Assembly (NCBI GenBank): GCA_047495785.1
Contig: JBLDXI010000007.1
Span: forward strand, 4,340,001 to 4,404,000
Origin: Lepidodermella squamata
Lineage: Eukaryota; Animalia; Gastrotricha
Reading direction: 5' to 3'
Length of the DNA: 64,000 nucleotides
Shown here: piece after piece, positions 50,701 to 63,895 of the stretch
Layout of the letters: the number at the start of each line of letters is the position of its first letter
Position numbering within the stretch: the first letter of the stretch is position 1
Made by a program: the position numbers and the translations under genes
The notes under the pieces: model-generated
Databases searched by the model: none
The model's input: the letters and a program-made list of their open reading frames with translations, nothing else
Told to the model about the DNA's origin: nothing

Positions 50701-51021
50701 CCTGCAATTTGCTGCACGATCATGTTGTCTCTCATCGTTGCCCAGTCAGATGTACTCTCGAGCGTGCCAGCGACAAATCAGGAGATTCTTTATGCAAATT
50801 ACATCCTCGGCCTTACTGCAACAATCGCTTGCATTGCCTTCTATCAAATCGTGATGTCTCGTCTCGTTTCCAAAAATGAAGCCAAGTATGAGACGCCTGT
50901 CAAAATCGTCGGTGGATTTACGTCAACTCTTGTCAATCTGCTTGACATCCTAGCTGGCATGGCGGCATTCGAAGGCGTTCTCGCTATAAACCTCTACTTT
51001 GTGATGTTTATTGTCCTGTGA
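47719..51021 (+). CDS. Tandem L-type lectin + stalk + Cys-loop ligand-gated ion channel fusion, paralog 2 copy a (~914 aa, 7 exons)
   Basis: Exons 47719-47964, 48020-48146, 48313-48739, 48787-48967, 49155-49281, 49332-49558, 49612-51021 (2745 nt, open). The last exon alone holds the end of lectin domain 2, the stalk and the whole channel (LWRPSL, CEIDLSKFPFDTQTC, FKRSPGYYIVNMVVP, four TM). Confidence 0.88.
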
Positions 51022-51708
51022 CGCCGAGTTCTTCATGATATTTAGAATCAGTAAGAACACGTTATCCGCCGTTGAAAACGTGTTGCAATTAAGAATGTGC
51101 GACAGCTGTCTATAAATTGGTAGTTCTTCGCCTTGGCCACCTTTTGTGTATTGAAATTACAAGAATCACTTCGGATCATGATTTATCTTGTGAGGCATGT
51201 AGACAACAAAAAAGAAATTCTCCTTCTCAGTGATTGTAGCAAAATCGTGAATAAAAATCGGCACAAACCTGCTCATTCCTACTCATTTCTAAACTCCCAG
51301 TCATTGTGCAAACTTTGTTTTTTTGCAGAAAGCAGCTAATTTTTTAGGCTTTTTCGAAAAGTAAATTGGTGGAGCCTGTAACCGTTTTGCATGTGATTTT
51401 TCAGCTGAGTCTGTTTCGAGTTGGACAATTTAAAAAATGTCAGAAATCAGGAATGAGGAGTAGGAGTGAATTTTATAATAATTGTTCTATGAATCCTCAA
51501 TTCCTCCGCAGCTAAATGCATTATTTGATGTAGTAAATCTGACTGCCATTGTTATGTCACGTTTTAGCACAAACGCATCTTGAGAGACCTGCATTTGGTC
51601 ATCGCAACCAATTGCACACCCTGGGCGACAAATAGAAAACATTCGAGCTCAAGCACCTCGGGAGCAGATGAGATGCGGAAATAGGCGCATTAAGGCTTTC
51701 ATTAACTA

Positions 51709-54688
51709 CAGTGCTCCCTCGTTAGTGGCACCCTCCTTAAAAGAACTCCCTCGTTTGTAGACCGTAATTTTGGACCCTGCTAAATAAATTAGTAGTAAAT
51801 TTTTAATTAAACACAAAATAATTATTTGATAAATTTAAAAAATTAAGCGTCAAAAATTAAAATAATAAAGCGTTCCTAGAAACCTAGCGGCGCGTTGTCG
51901 TGATTTTAGGCACTAAGCTGTTCTTGTGGCTTTGAAATGACTGTGATTATGCAACAGAGTGTGTGGATTAGCTGCCACTCAAATCGTGCTGCGAGTCGTC
52001 CTGCTTTTTTAGGTAAAACTCCATCAGAAATTCACCAGCTAGTTCATCAGAAACTAATTGGTAATTCGTTTCAACATCTATAAAAATGCCCTCCTATCTT
52101 CAATCTTCTTGATTTGCAGATTTTTCTGAGGTCAATAGCTGATCAATTAAACACCCATTGAGTTGCCCTGATTTATCATGTTTTAGCAGTTTTCCTGACC
52201 AGAATAGCTTTTTTAATTTATCAACATGATCGAATTAGGATTAGAAATCGTGAATTTTGTCAGGAAAAAATGAAACTTCGTGGTATTTTTTAAGAGTTAA
52301 TCTAGTTTCGTCAGCTAATATTTGCGTTTTGTCAGCTAATTCCTGTTTTTGTCAGAAGTATCTTTTTCTGACAGCAATGACTCTTTTTGACAGCAGAACT
52401 GCAATTTACCAGCTAGTTTAATGTTTATTGTAATTCAAACCATATTTCGCTAGCTAAGATCATATAAATGCGAATTACACATTTTTCTAACTATTTCAAT
52501 ATTCGGGTTGAAATGAATCCACGGCCAGTTTCAACGAATACTACGTGCGCACAGTCAGTCCAAAAAATCTGTTGAACCCGCATTTTTGGCACTTTCGACG
52601 CATCATAACAGCACAAATATGAATCGCTTGGGCTGCGAACTAGTCAGGGTTAGAGGGTTAGAAAAAGGCGGTATACAAGACTGTCAAGTTTTCATCCTGG
52701 GGGTGTCGATATGAGTTTGACGCAACGATAGAAGCGTGATAATTCCTTGTTATTCTGTAGAGTGATAGGTGTGGGGGTAGTAGAGAGGGAGTTCGGGTTC
52801 GATTTCACAAAAGTATATCATACATAGGTAGTTCGAGTAGTTACAGGCAATCAAGGTAAATTTTCGCTTTTTGCAATCATTTTCCTACTTTCTTTTTCTT
52901 GCGAAAAAATTAGCACTAATGTTAAAAGATGAAACTACGGTAATTACTACGGTAGGACTAAGGAAAAAATCGGTTGACTTGGCGGCCGGACATTGCCGAA
53001 GCAGGGCGATTACGGCAATGACCTCTAATTGGCATTTTCCGCGATATTACCCAGTAGCGCGCAGTAGACGTTTAACATTTTAGATAATTTTAATTTTATT
53101 CAAAATTAGCTGATAAATAGTAGTTCTGCTGTTAAAAAGAGTCATTGCTGTCAGAAAACGATACTTCTGACAAAAACAGGAATTAGCTGACGGAACAAGG
53201 AATTAGCTGACAAAACAATATACACCCTTTTTTAACGATTCGGTAGTTATTTCTCCATTATTGAAATAACCCCGCTGGAATAAACCGTGAGCCGTGGGAA
53301 ATGACTAGTAAAATCCAGGTTTTTCTGATCGAAATTCTTGAATTTTCCACACTAAATGATGAATTTTTTCCAGTTTTTTTCAAAATAATTTCCCAGCTGT
53401 GTTGCGTAATCAAGCGAAGAATCAAGTCCTTGTTTTCAGATTTAATTGAATTTAGATAAATAGAGTTATTCTCATAATAAACCGATTTAATCGTTCGAGT
53501 TGTGCTGAGTCATTGTAATTAGTAGCCGATTTTCGATAGTCTATAGGCCTGATCTACCATGAAACTGGCTGCCACTACTCTACGATTTCATTGCTCAACG
53601 CCTTGGCAATTTTACGGGTTTTTTTCACAACTTTTAATCATTCGATTTTGACTTTGAAAATCGCAACATCCCGAGGAGGGGCGGCGGGAGCTTCTGCCCG
53701 ATTTTTTACCTTGATCTGATCTGAAGGCCAGTCGAATGAAAATCAGATCACGCCTGAGAAGATCCAAATTTATTCCATTCAAGCGAAACACCTATCGAAC
53801 CGTTCCCTGTTGACGGAACCACACGTCTTATGCCTTGAAATTAGTCCGTAATTGCTCAATGCCATTAATGCGATGAATTTAAAACAGAAAAATTCAGGTT
53901 AACCGCGAAAGAATTATCGAAAATACATAATTCATCTTAATTTTTTCAAATTTCATATTAATTGGTCATTTTTTAAATAATTCTAGGAATTTTAGGCGAA
54001 GCATGACTTCTGAGAATGTTAGGCTGAATTTGCTGGTGATTTATTCAGAAGTATTCTGGTCAATCTTGACCAAGGTGATTGATTTTTTAAGCTGTGATTT
54101 CAAATGAAATTGTTTGCGAAATCGGACGATCTGGGCATTTTGAAGTAAATTGAAATAATGAGCAGGGTGCGAAGTACAGGGGTGCTGGGGTGTCGCGACA
54201 CCCCAGCTTCGGGATTCCAAACAGAGGAAGGCTGAAAATACCACAGGGAGGACCCTTTGGTTTCTTCGGCTTCGTGCTGGAAACTTGCCAGAAAACACCT
54301 CAGCTCCCGGATCCTACATCGCACACTGATAATGAGATTCCAGGTTTTGTTATTATTCTGAGTTCCGTAACCCCAGGCAGGACTTAAAATCAGAGTAAAG
54401 AAACAAGGCCAGCCAGCCAAATCAAAGCCGCCCGGGCAACTCAGAAAAAAACTTTGCGACGAACTTATGATTCATAGTGTTATTGTTTCACAGCCTTCAG
54501 CGAGCGAAATTTGTGATGACACGTAATCCGTGTCCGTCTCTTTCTGCGCGTTGGCATGGCAACTGTCTTAAGACGTAGAAACGGTCTATTTTTAGCTTCT
54601 GCATTCAATTACAGCCCTCGTTATAGCTTTCCCTTGTTTAAAGACCGGGTCTGGCTCCCGACCCAGTGCTTTTATCGAGGGAGCACTG
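51709..54688. mobile_element. Tc1/mariner-type element, copy 2 (hybrid flanks)
   Basis: Same sequence as copy 1. Left flank as in copy 3, right flank as in copy 1. Confidence 0.85.
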
Positions 54689-55888
54689 TATTCATTTCGG
54701 TTTATTTATTGTTAAAATAGCAACTTTCCGAATTCAAAATGATAACCAAGATTGCTTGTTATTTTTGGTTGTGGGCAGCTCACGATCACGATCACGATTA
54801 CGAATCCACGATTTCTCCTCGCCCGGACGGACACGAGCTTTCGCCATAAAAGGCGGAACTAGTTGGATAATCGCGAGTTTACGCTCTAGGAAAGTTTGGT
54901 CTGGTTTACCCACTACTTAATGAGTACCCATGTACTCTATACCCCTGTTACTCCAGTCCTTGCTGACTGTTTCTCCAGGGACCAGGCATTGGTACCTAGG
55001 TGGTTACCCAATCAGCGAAGCCTACTAACGCCGTCGTAGCAAGAAAGCTACCAAAAGACTCCTAGTTTGAGAATGATTTACAAGAGGTAATTACACGGAG
55101 CCAAGATATAGAATTTCCCACTGGGAAAATCCGGCAATGCCTCTGCAACACCCCCTCTCAGACATTTCCATTTGTCTTTATTTGGAACACATTGATTTAC
55201 GAAATTATATATATATGCGCATGGTTTCAACTGCCATAAGACCTTTTTCTACAGGAGTTGCAACGCGGCTAATACGACCAATTTACCTGTGCACTTAGAG
55301 GAACCACGCAAAAGCACCCACCACTTAGCGACCGCGTGAAACTTTGAGTTGCATTCGAAAAGCCATTGACTGCCCTTGACGTCAAAATCAATTTTAATGG
55401 CTTGTCCAATATGAGATGCACTTAGAGCATAATGCGAGCGCTCGAGCGATACCCAACTCAAACTCGCTTTGAATTATTCAACCAGCCTACCACGCTTTGC
55501 CGCTAAGAATTAGACAATTCTTCAGGCCACAAGTATACTTGAAGAGAAATATTTGTTGTAAAATTATGATTGCTAAATTGAGATATACCTCGGCGTTGCT
55601 TTACAGGCGTTGCTTTACATGACCCCGAACCCCGAACCTACGCAACCAATTGACGTTTCGCCCTGCACTCTGGAGCTATTCGACGGAATCTGCAACTTGT
55701 ATCACACAACATTCGGTGTACTCGAGCGAAATTCGAATAAAGACATAAAAGTTGTCATTAGCTTGCTTCCACGTATAATCATCGACCACTTAACGCTTTC
55801 AAGCGAATGAATAATTCATTGTCTAACGCGCATTGCAATCGCATTGGAAAACATTTGAGGTGACAATTCAGGTCTGTGTGAAAACACC

Positions 55889-58800
55889 ATGTCGCAGTTT
55901 GCTTGTGCTGTTTTCTCGCTAAGCATTTTGAGTCTCGCTGATGCTCAAGGTGTGTCTCGCTGTGGGACTCTGCTTCCGCAGTTCTCGCTGTTCAACCACG
56001 CCGATGCCGACCGATCGGTTAACTGGGAGTTGTACCAAATGCCGGGTTTGAATGCAAGCATCTCGCCGGTGAATGCAACTCGCCTCTCGCTGAACAACCT
56101 CCAAAATTCGAACGGCGCCATTTGGGCGAGGAAAGTTAGTAATTGCGCTGATTTCTTAGCTTGTCTGAGCTGTATTTTCTCTTGCAAAGCCTTTCACACT
56201 GACCAACTTCTACATCGAAGCATGGGCTTACGTCAGCTCAAACTCTCCGGGCGGTTCAGGCGATGGTACCCTGTTTCTTATTGGTGACAATGCGTCTATC
56301 TCTCGGTTCAATTCTAGTAAGTACAGCGGTAGAGCTAAGAGACTGCCGACTGCGATAATTTCTATGGGTATTTTATTTCTGGTTGGGCTTAATTAATTAC
56401 GATTTGTTATTTGCTAATCCGACTAAATTCAGAACAGAAACGCAAGTGTAACGCCTGTTAAATTTCTTATTTCTGCCACCAGGCTACCATTTCGGCGTAG
56501 ACTGGACCTCTTTCACTGGCATGGGCGTCCATTTTTTCCCCTATCACGAGTCCTATTCATCATGGATAAGCACGGTGACTTATGGCGAAAACAACCAGCC
56601 GTACTACTGTTGGGCACGGGACACAATCTTGTGCACCAGCGTTAATGCAACAGCCTGGCTGATCAACAAGCCTGTCATGTACCAAATTCGAGTCGAAAAT
56701 GGCAACAAAGTGACAATGGGGTCTTGCCGGTCAGATGGCGCATGCATCGGACCTTTCACTGGCTCGTCTAGTGCTTACTCGCTCGCTAACTCCTTCGCAG
56801 GCAAGCAACTGATGCTTGGCATCGGCGTGCGATCCGGCTGGAATACTGACACCGTCGACCTCCTAAGTGTAGCTGTCTACGACTGCTCGATTGCGGCATC
56901 GCCGAACAAGTAATTTATAAACGTGACGTTAACCATTAATTGCACATTCGATGAAGGGTTGAATCGTGTGGAACTTTGATGCCACAGTTTTCGCTGCTCA
57001 ACCACGCGGTTGATCGAGCAGCCAACTGGGACAACTACCCACACTCGGGTATGAGCCTGGCTGGCCAGCCGGCAAACACAACGCGTCTGGCTTCCGAAGG
57101 CTCGAAAAACGCCGAATCAGGCTTATGGAACCGAAACGTAAGCGGATACTTGTTTCAAGTGACCACTTCACAATGTTCCTTGCTGAAAGTGCGATAATAG
57201 TACATTTCCTATTAACCATTAATCATTAATCATTGCTAACACCAAGATTCGGAACCTGAGAAACAACCGCGTTGGAAGATGAATTATTCACTTAATCAAT
57301 TCAAACTTAGCTTTCTTTTCGTAGCCTTTCAGCAAGTCGAGCTTCTACATCGAGCTATCGGTTAGTGTTACCGACCTGGACAACGCACCATCGCCAGGAA
57401 TCGCCCTCCTTATTGCTAGTAACCAATCGATCGGGCGACCATCAAATCTGCGTAATTTTCCCGACCTACTCTAAAACTTGCATCATCGCTTTAAATTGCA
57501 GAAAATGGCTTCGGCCTGGATTCAAGCAAATTCGTGGGTTTTTCGGTCGCATCCAACTTTTTATCGGGTTATCTTAGTTCGAAAATTACGCCAACTTCTC
57601 CAGGGGGCTCTCTGTTCCCTGGCATTTGCAGTACCGCGGATAGCACAGTCTGCGCAGCTCTCAATTCAACAACAAAAAACAATACGGTTCAATACCAGAT
57701 TCGGCTCGACAATGGAGTGTCACTGTCGGTAATAATTTCGTTCTTTCGCAATATCGTTGTCACTATGAAAGCCTTTAACAGATTTCGGCTTGTTTGTTTG
57801 ATGGCACGTGTTTCGGACCTTATACAGGAACTTTGCCGACTTCTCTAGCGAATTTGATGGCCGCTCAAGCTATGATGCTGGGCTTGGGAACCACAAGTGG
57901 AAACACATCAGACACAATCGATGTGATCAGCATTGCAGTCTACGATTGCACACAAACAACTACAAGCAGTCCCACGTCTACGATCGCAACCGATTCTTCG
58001 AAAGTTTCAACGTCAACTTCAAAGCCGTTGAAAACTACGACAGATCAGAGTTCCACTGAAGAAAATGACTTTGCGACCAATTCAGATAGCGAATTCCCGA
58101 TTCCTGAGCTAGAGCGAGGCAATCACATGCCCACAGTCGATATCGAGGATCTGCTGCCTTGTAAAACCCTCGCCGCAGACTTGAGATCGCCTGATCCGAA
58201 TACAAAAGTCTACGCAACGCTAACAGTTGAGAGACTAGCATCCGTTGATCAAAATGAGCAGCAAGTATCACTGTGGGGCGGTCTGCTCCTCCAGTGGATG
58301 GTCAGCTCGTGCGGGGCTAATTATACAGCTCCAGAAGCTGATGACAAGGAACGGCTAGTTTCGACACGCCGAACTGATCTATGGCGACCTTCGTTGGTTT
58401 TCGCTAACAAAACACCTGATTTCGACCTCAGCAACCCGGCTTGCGGTGAGTCGATGGATATTGCCTATTACCCAACTGCACCAAACCGCACTCTGTTCTT
58501 CCACTGGAACCGCGTTGGAACTTTCCCGGCCAGTTGCGAAATTGACTTGTCCAAGTTCCCTTTCGACACGCAAACCTGTGAGATGACAATGCTGATGTTC
58601 GAATCTGCTTATTTCATTCGAATTGGTGGAATGAATGTCTTGCTCATGGGCGACCTAACATACGGAGTTTGGGCTTTCGATTCGCTGAAGGTCCTGAAGG
58701 GAAATGTCACTAGTCCAATCAGACAATCTGACCAAGTTTCATTTGCCAAAGTGAAATTCACATTCAAGCGTAGCCCTGGTTACTACATCGTGAATATGGT

Positions 58801-59191
58801 TGTGCCTTGCTACGTTCTGATAATTCTCGCCTTTGCAACTTTCTTCATGGATCCAGCTGTTCCTGATCGGCCTGCAATTTGCTGCACGATCATGTTGTCT
58901 CTCATCGTTGCCCAGTCAGATGTACTCTCGAGCGTGCCAGCGACAAATCAGGAGATTCTTTATGCAAATTACATCCTCGGCCTTACTGCAACAATCGCTT
59001 GCATTGCCTTCTATCAAATCGTGATGTCTCGTCTCGTTTCCAAAAATGAAGCCAAGTATGAGACGCCTGTCAAAATCGTCGGTGGATTTACGTCAACTCT
59101 TGTCAATCTGCTTGACATCCTAGCTGGCATGGCGGCATTCGAAGGCGTTCTCGCTATAAACCTCTACTTTGTGATGTTTATTGTCCTGTGA
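55889..59191 (+). CDS. Lectin-Cys-loop channel fusion, paralog 2 copy b (identical to copy a)
   Basis: Identical translated ORFs at +8170. Confidence 0.85.
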
Positions 59192-59878
59192 CGCCGAGTT
59201 CTTCATGATATTTAGAATCAGTAAGAACACGTTATCCGCCGTTGAAAACGTGTTGCAATTAAGAATGTGCGACAGCTGTCTATAAATTGGTAGTTCTTCG
59301 CCTTGGCCACCTTTTGTGTATTGAAATTACAAGAATCACTTCGGATCATGATTTATCTTGTGAGGCATGTAGACAACAAAAAAGAAATTCTCCTTCTCAG
59401 TGATTGTAGCAAAATCGTGAATAAAAATCGGCACAAACCTGCTCATTCCTACTCATTTCTAAACTCCCAGTCATTGTGCAAACTTTGTTTTTTTGCAGAA
59501 AGCAGCTAATTTTTTAGGCTTTTTCGAAAAGTAAATTGGTGGAGCCTGTAACCGTTTTGCATGTGATTTTTCAGCTGAGTCTGTTTCGAGTTGGACAATT
59601 TAAAAAATGTCAGAAATCAGGAATGAGGAGTAGGAGTGAATTTTATAATAATTGTTCTATGAATCCTCAATTCCTCCGCAGCTAAATGCATTATTTGATG
59701 TAGTAAATCTGACTGCCATTGTTATGTCACGTTTTAGCACAAACGCATCTTGAGAGACCTGCATTTGGTCATCGCAACCAATTGCACACCCTGGGCGACA
59801 AATAGAAAACATTCGAGCTCAAGCACCTCGGGAGCAGATGAGATGCGGAAATAGGCGCATTAAGGCTTTCATTAACTA

Positions 59879-62858
59879 CAGTGCTCCCTCGTTAGTGGCA
59901 CCCTCCTTAAAAGAACTCCCTCGTTTGTAGACCGTAATTTTGGACCCTGCTAAATAAATTAGTAGTAAATTTTTAATTAAACACAAAATAATTATTTGAT
60001 AAATTTAAAAAATTAAGCGTCAAAAATTAAAATAATAAAGCGTTCCTAGAAACCTAGCGGCGCGTTGTCGTGATTTTAGGCACTAAGCTGTTCTTGTGGC
60101 TTTGAAATGACTGTGATTATGCAACAGAGTGTGTGGATTAGCTGCCACTCAAATCGTGCTGCGAGTCGTCCTGCTTTTTTAGGTAAAACTCCATCAGAAA
60201 TTCACCAGCTAGTTCATCAGAAACTAATTGGTAATTCGTTTCAACATCTATAAAAATGCCCTCCTATCTTCAATCTTCTTGATTTGCAGATTTTTCTGAG
60301 GTCAATAGCTGATCAATTAAACACCCATTGAGTTGCCCTGATTTATCATGTTTTAGCAGTTTTCCTGACCAGAATAGCTTTTTTAATTTATCAACATGAT
60401 CGAATTAGGATTAGAAATCGTGAATTTTGTCAGGAAAAAATGAAACTTCGTGGTATTTTTTAAGAGTTAATCTAGTTTCGTCAGCTAATATTTGCGTTTT
60501 GTCAGCTAATTCCTGTTTTTGTCAGAAGTATCTTTTTCTGACAGCAATGACTCTTTTTGACAGCAGAACTGCAATTTACCAGCTAGTTTAATGTTTATTG
60601 TAATTCAAACCATATTTCGCTAGCTAAGATCATATAAATGCGAATTACACATTTTTCTAACTATTTCAATATTCGGGTTGAAATGAATCCACGGCCAGTT
60701 TCAACGAATACTACGTGCGCACAGTCAGTCCAAAAAATCTGTTGAACCCGCATTTTTGGCACTTTCGACGCATCATAACAGCACAAATATGAATCGCTTG
60801 GGCTGCGAACTAGTCAGGGTTAGAGGGTTAGAAAAAGGCGGTATACAAGACTGTCAAGTTTTCATCCTGGGGGTGTCGATATGAGTTTGACGCAACGATA
60901 GAAGCGTGATAATTCCTTGTTATTCTGTAGAGTGATAGGTGTGGGGGTAGTAGAGAGGGAGTTCGGGTTCGATTTCACAAAAGTATATCATACATAGGTA
61001 GTTCGAGTAGTTACAGGCAATCAAGGTAAATTTTCGCTTTTTGCAATCATTTTCCTACTTTCTTTTTCTTGCGAAAAAATTAGCACTAATGTTAAAAGAT
61101 GAAACTACGGTAATTACTACGGTAGGACTAAGGAAAAAATCGGTTGACTTGGCGGCCGGACATTGCCGAAGCAGGGCGATTACGGCAATGACCTCTAATT
61201 GGCATTTTCCGCGATATTACCCAGTAGCGCGCAGTAGACGTTTAACATTTTAGATAATTTTAATTTTATTCAAAATTAGCTGATAAATAGTAGTTCTGCT
61301 GTTAAAAAGAGTCATTGCTGTCAGAAAACGATACTTCTGACAAAAACAGGAATTAGCTGACGGAACAAGGAATTAGCTGACAAAACAATATACACCCTTT
61401 TTTAACGATTCGGTAGTTATTTCTCCATTATTGAAATAACCCCGCTGGAATAAACCGTGAGCCGTGGGAAATGACTAGTAAAATCCAGGTTTTTCTGATC
61501 GAAATTCTTGAATTTTCCACACTAAATGATGAATTTTTTCCAGTTTTTTTCAAAATAATTTCCCAGCTGTGTTGCGTAATCAAGCGAAGAATCAAGTCCT
61601 TGTTTTCAGATTTAATTGAATTTAGATAAATAGAGTTATTCTCATAATAAACCGATTTAATCGTTCGAGTTGTGCTGAGTCATTGTAATTAGTAGCCGAT
61701 TTTCGATAGTCTATAGGCCTGATCTACCATGAAACTGGCTGCCACTACTCTACGATTTCATTGCTCAACGCCTTGGCAATTTTACGGGTTTTTTTCACAA
61801 CTTTTAATCATTCGATTTTGACTTTGAAAATCGCAACATCCCGAGGAGGGGCGGCGGGAGCTTCTGCCCGATTTTTTACCTTGATCTGATCTGAAGGCCA
61901 GTCGAATGAAAATCAGATCACGCCTGAGAAGATCCAAATTTATTCCATTCAAGCGAAACACCTATCGAACCGTTCCCTGTTGACGGAACCACACGTCTTA
62001 TGCCTTGAAATTAGTCCGTAATTGCTCAATGCCATTAATGCGATGAATTTAAAACAGAAAAATTCAGGTTAACCGCGAAAGAATTATCGAAAATACATAA
62101 TTCATCTTAATTTTTTCAAATTTCATATTAATTGGTCATTTTTTAAATAATTCTAGGAATTTTAGGCGAAGCATGACTTCTGAGAATGTTAGGCTGAATT
62201 TGCTGGTGATTTATTCAGAAGTATTCTGGTCAATCTTGACCAAGGTGATTGATTTTTTAAGCTGTGATTTCAAATGAAATTGTTTGCGAAATCGGACGAT
62301 CTGGGCATTTTGAAGTAAATTGAAATAATGAGCAGGGTGCGAAGTACAGGGGTGCTGGGGTGTCGCGACACCCCAGCTTCGGGATTCCAAACAGAGGAAG
62401 GCTGAAAATACCACAGGGAGGACCCTTTGGTTTCTTCGGCTTCGTGCTGGAAACTTGCCAGAAAACACCTCAGCTCCCGGATCCTACATCGCACACTGAT
62501 AATGAGATTCCAGGTTTTGTTATTATTCTGAGTTCCGTAACCCCAGGCAGGACTTAAAATCAGAGTAAAGAAACAAGGCCAGCCAGCCAAATCAAAGCCG
62601 CCCGGGCAACTCAGAAAAAAACTTTGCGACGAACTTATGATTCATAGTGTTATTGTTTCACAGCCTTCAGCGAGCGAAATTTGTGATGACACGTAATCCG
62701 TGTCCGTCTCTTTCTGCGCGTTGGCATGGCAACTGTCTTAAGACGTAGAAACGGTCTATTTTTAGCTTCTGCATTCAATTACAGCCCTCGTTATAGCTTT
62801 CCCTTGTTTAAAGACCGGGTCTGGCTCCCGACCCAGTGCTTTTATCGAGGGAGCACTG
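59879..62858. mobile_element. Tc1/mariner-type element, copy 3
   Basis: Same TIRs and TA flanks, with a unique right flank (tatttaccacac). Confidence 0.85.
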
Positions 62859-62877
62859 TATTTACCACACTGTGGAT

Positions 62878-63136
62878 GGGGAGCAAGTGGTCGAGCGGTC
62901 CCAGCACCTCACTGGCGGCGAAGAGGCACGGGTTCAATCCCCAGAACCGCAACACCGTGTAGGACGCCATTCACCGGCAATCAAGATATGGCTACTCAGT
63001 ACACAAAGCCTGGGAACCATGGTACGACCATCAACCATGGGTATAGTGGACTCATAAGCCTTGTGATGATGTCTGATACCAAATGCTAAATGTCGAAAGG
63101 CAACTTGCATAAATAAAGAGTATGAGTATGAGTATG
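62878..63136 (+). mobile_element. tRNA-derived SINE
   Basis: Pol III A box TGGTCGAGCGG (62888) and B box GGTTCAATCCC (62931), a non-tRNA body and a (GAGTAT)n tail. Confidence 0.65.
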
Positions 63137-63895
63137 CTGAAACAATACCTAGAGAAAATTATTGAATTTAACAGGAGTACTTTTATTAATTTTATGGATG
63201 AAAAAAGCACAGTCGACCGCGACCAAGTGTACGAAGCGCTCGAGGGTCTAGCAGTTTCTCGCAGTCTTATAGTTATAGATAATATCAAGGCTTTATACAA
63301 GGACATTTACACATTGCCACTGTGCGAGTAAATGGCGTAAGCGCGAAACCCTTCCGGGTGACTAAGGGACTAAGGCTTCCCACTGTCCCCCCTGGCTATT
63401 TATAGTTGAATTAAATGCAGTCTGCAAGAGAAAACGATGAGTGGCAAATGTTACTAGCGGCTGTCGCAAGATTTGGAGGAAAAGCAATTACCGTAGTTGT
63501 TCCAATAGTAGCCCAGGGTTGAGGGGCCAATTCGGTTCGTAAATATCAAAAATATCAAATTCACCAAATTCGTAAATATCAAAAATATCAAATTCACCAA
63601 CAATTATTTTTCGAAATTTTTGAAAATCTCGAGGTTAAAATTTTAGTAGCCCGGGCTGCTGTAGGAACAAATAAGGTACTTATAGATGTTTTTGTTGGGG
63701 TGGGCGGACAGTTGAGATTTAAAATTAACGTTCCAAAAACTAAATTTATGAGAGTCAATAAAAATAACTGTAATTTACATTAACCTTTTTCTATCTACTG
63801 GCAGTTGATTGAGGAAGCCGATCAGTTCGTTTATTGCGGAAGTGTTATCACGTCTGACGGCAGGTGTAAGGCTGATATAAGGACTCGTTTGGCAA
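63137..63895 (+). mobile_element. Degenerate RTE-like LINE reverse transcriptase fragments
   Basis: LKQYLEKIIEFNRSTFINFMD...VDR...IKALY, then KINVPKTKFMRV and EEADQFVYCGSVITSDGRCKADIRTRLA. Confidence 0.65.
63491..63676. mobile_element. pogo/Tigger-like MITE (a related copy lies at ~29650-29805)
   Basis: TA|CCGTAGTTGTTCC..TAGTAGCCCAGGG ... GCCCGGGCTGCTGTAGGAACAAATAAGG|TA. Confidence 0.6.

Larger units (their letters stand above)
43539..62858 (+). repeat. Direct tandem duplication, period 8170 bp (TE-gene-TE-gene-TE)
   Basis: All ORF-track entries recur identically at +8170, and TE-internal ones also at +16340. Confidence 0.95.

Noticed and set aside
62878-62950. Possible tRNA gene
   Set aside because: A and B boxes are present but I cannot fold a convincing cloverleaf, and it continues into a body and hexamer tail like a SINE.
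63055-63105. Hammerhead ribozyme or C/D-box-like motif (gtgatga...ctga...gaaa)
   Set aside because: No proper CUGANGA core with supporting stems, and the box spacing is too short.
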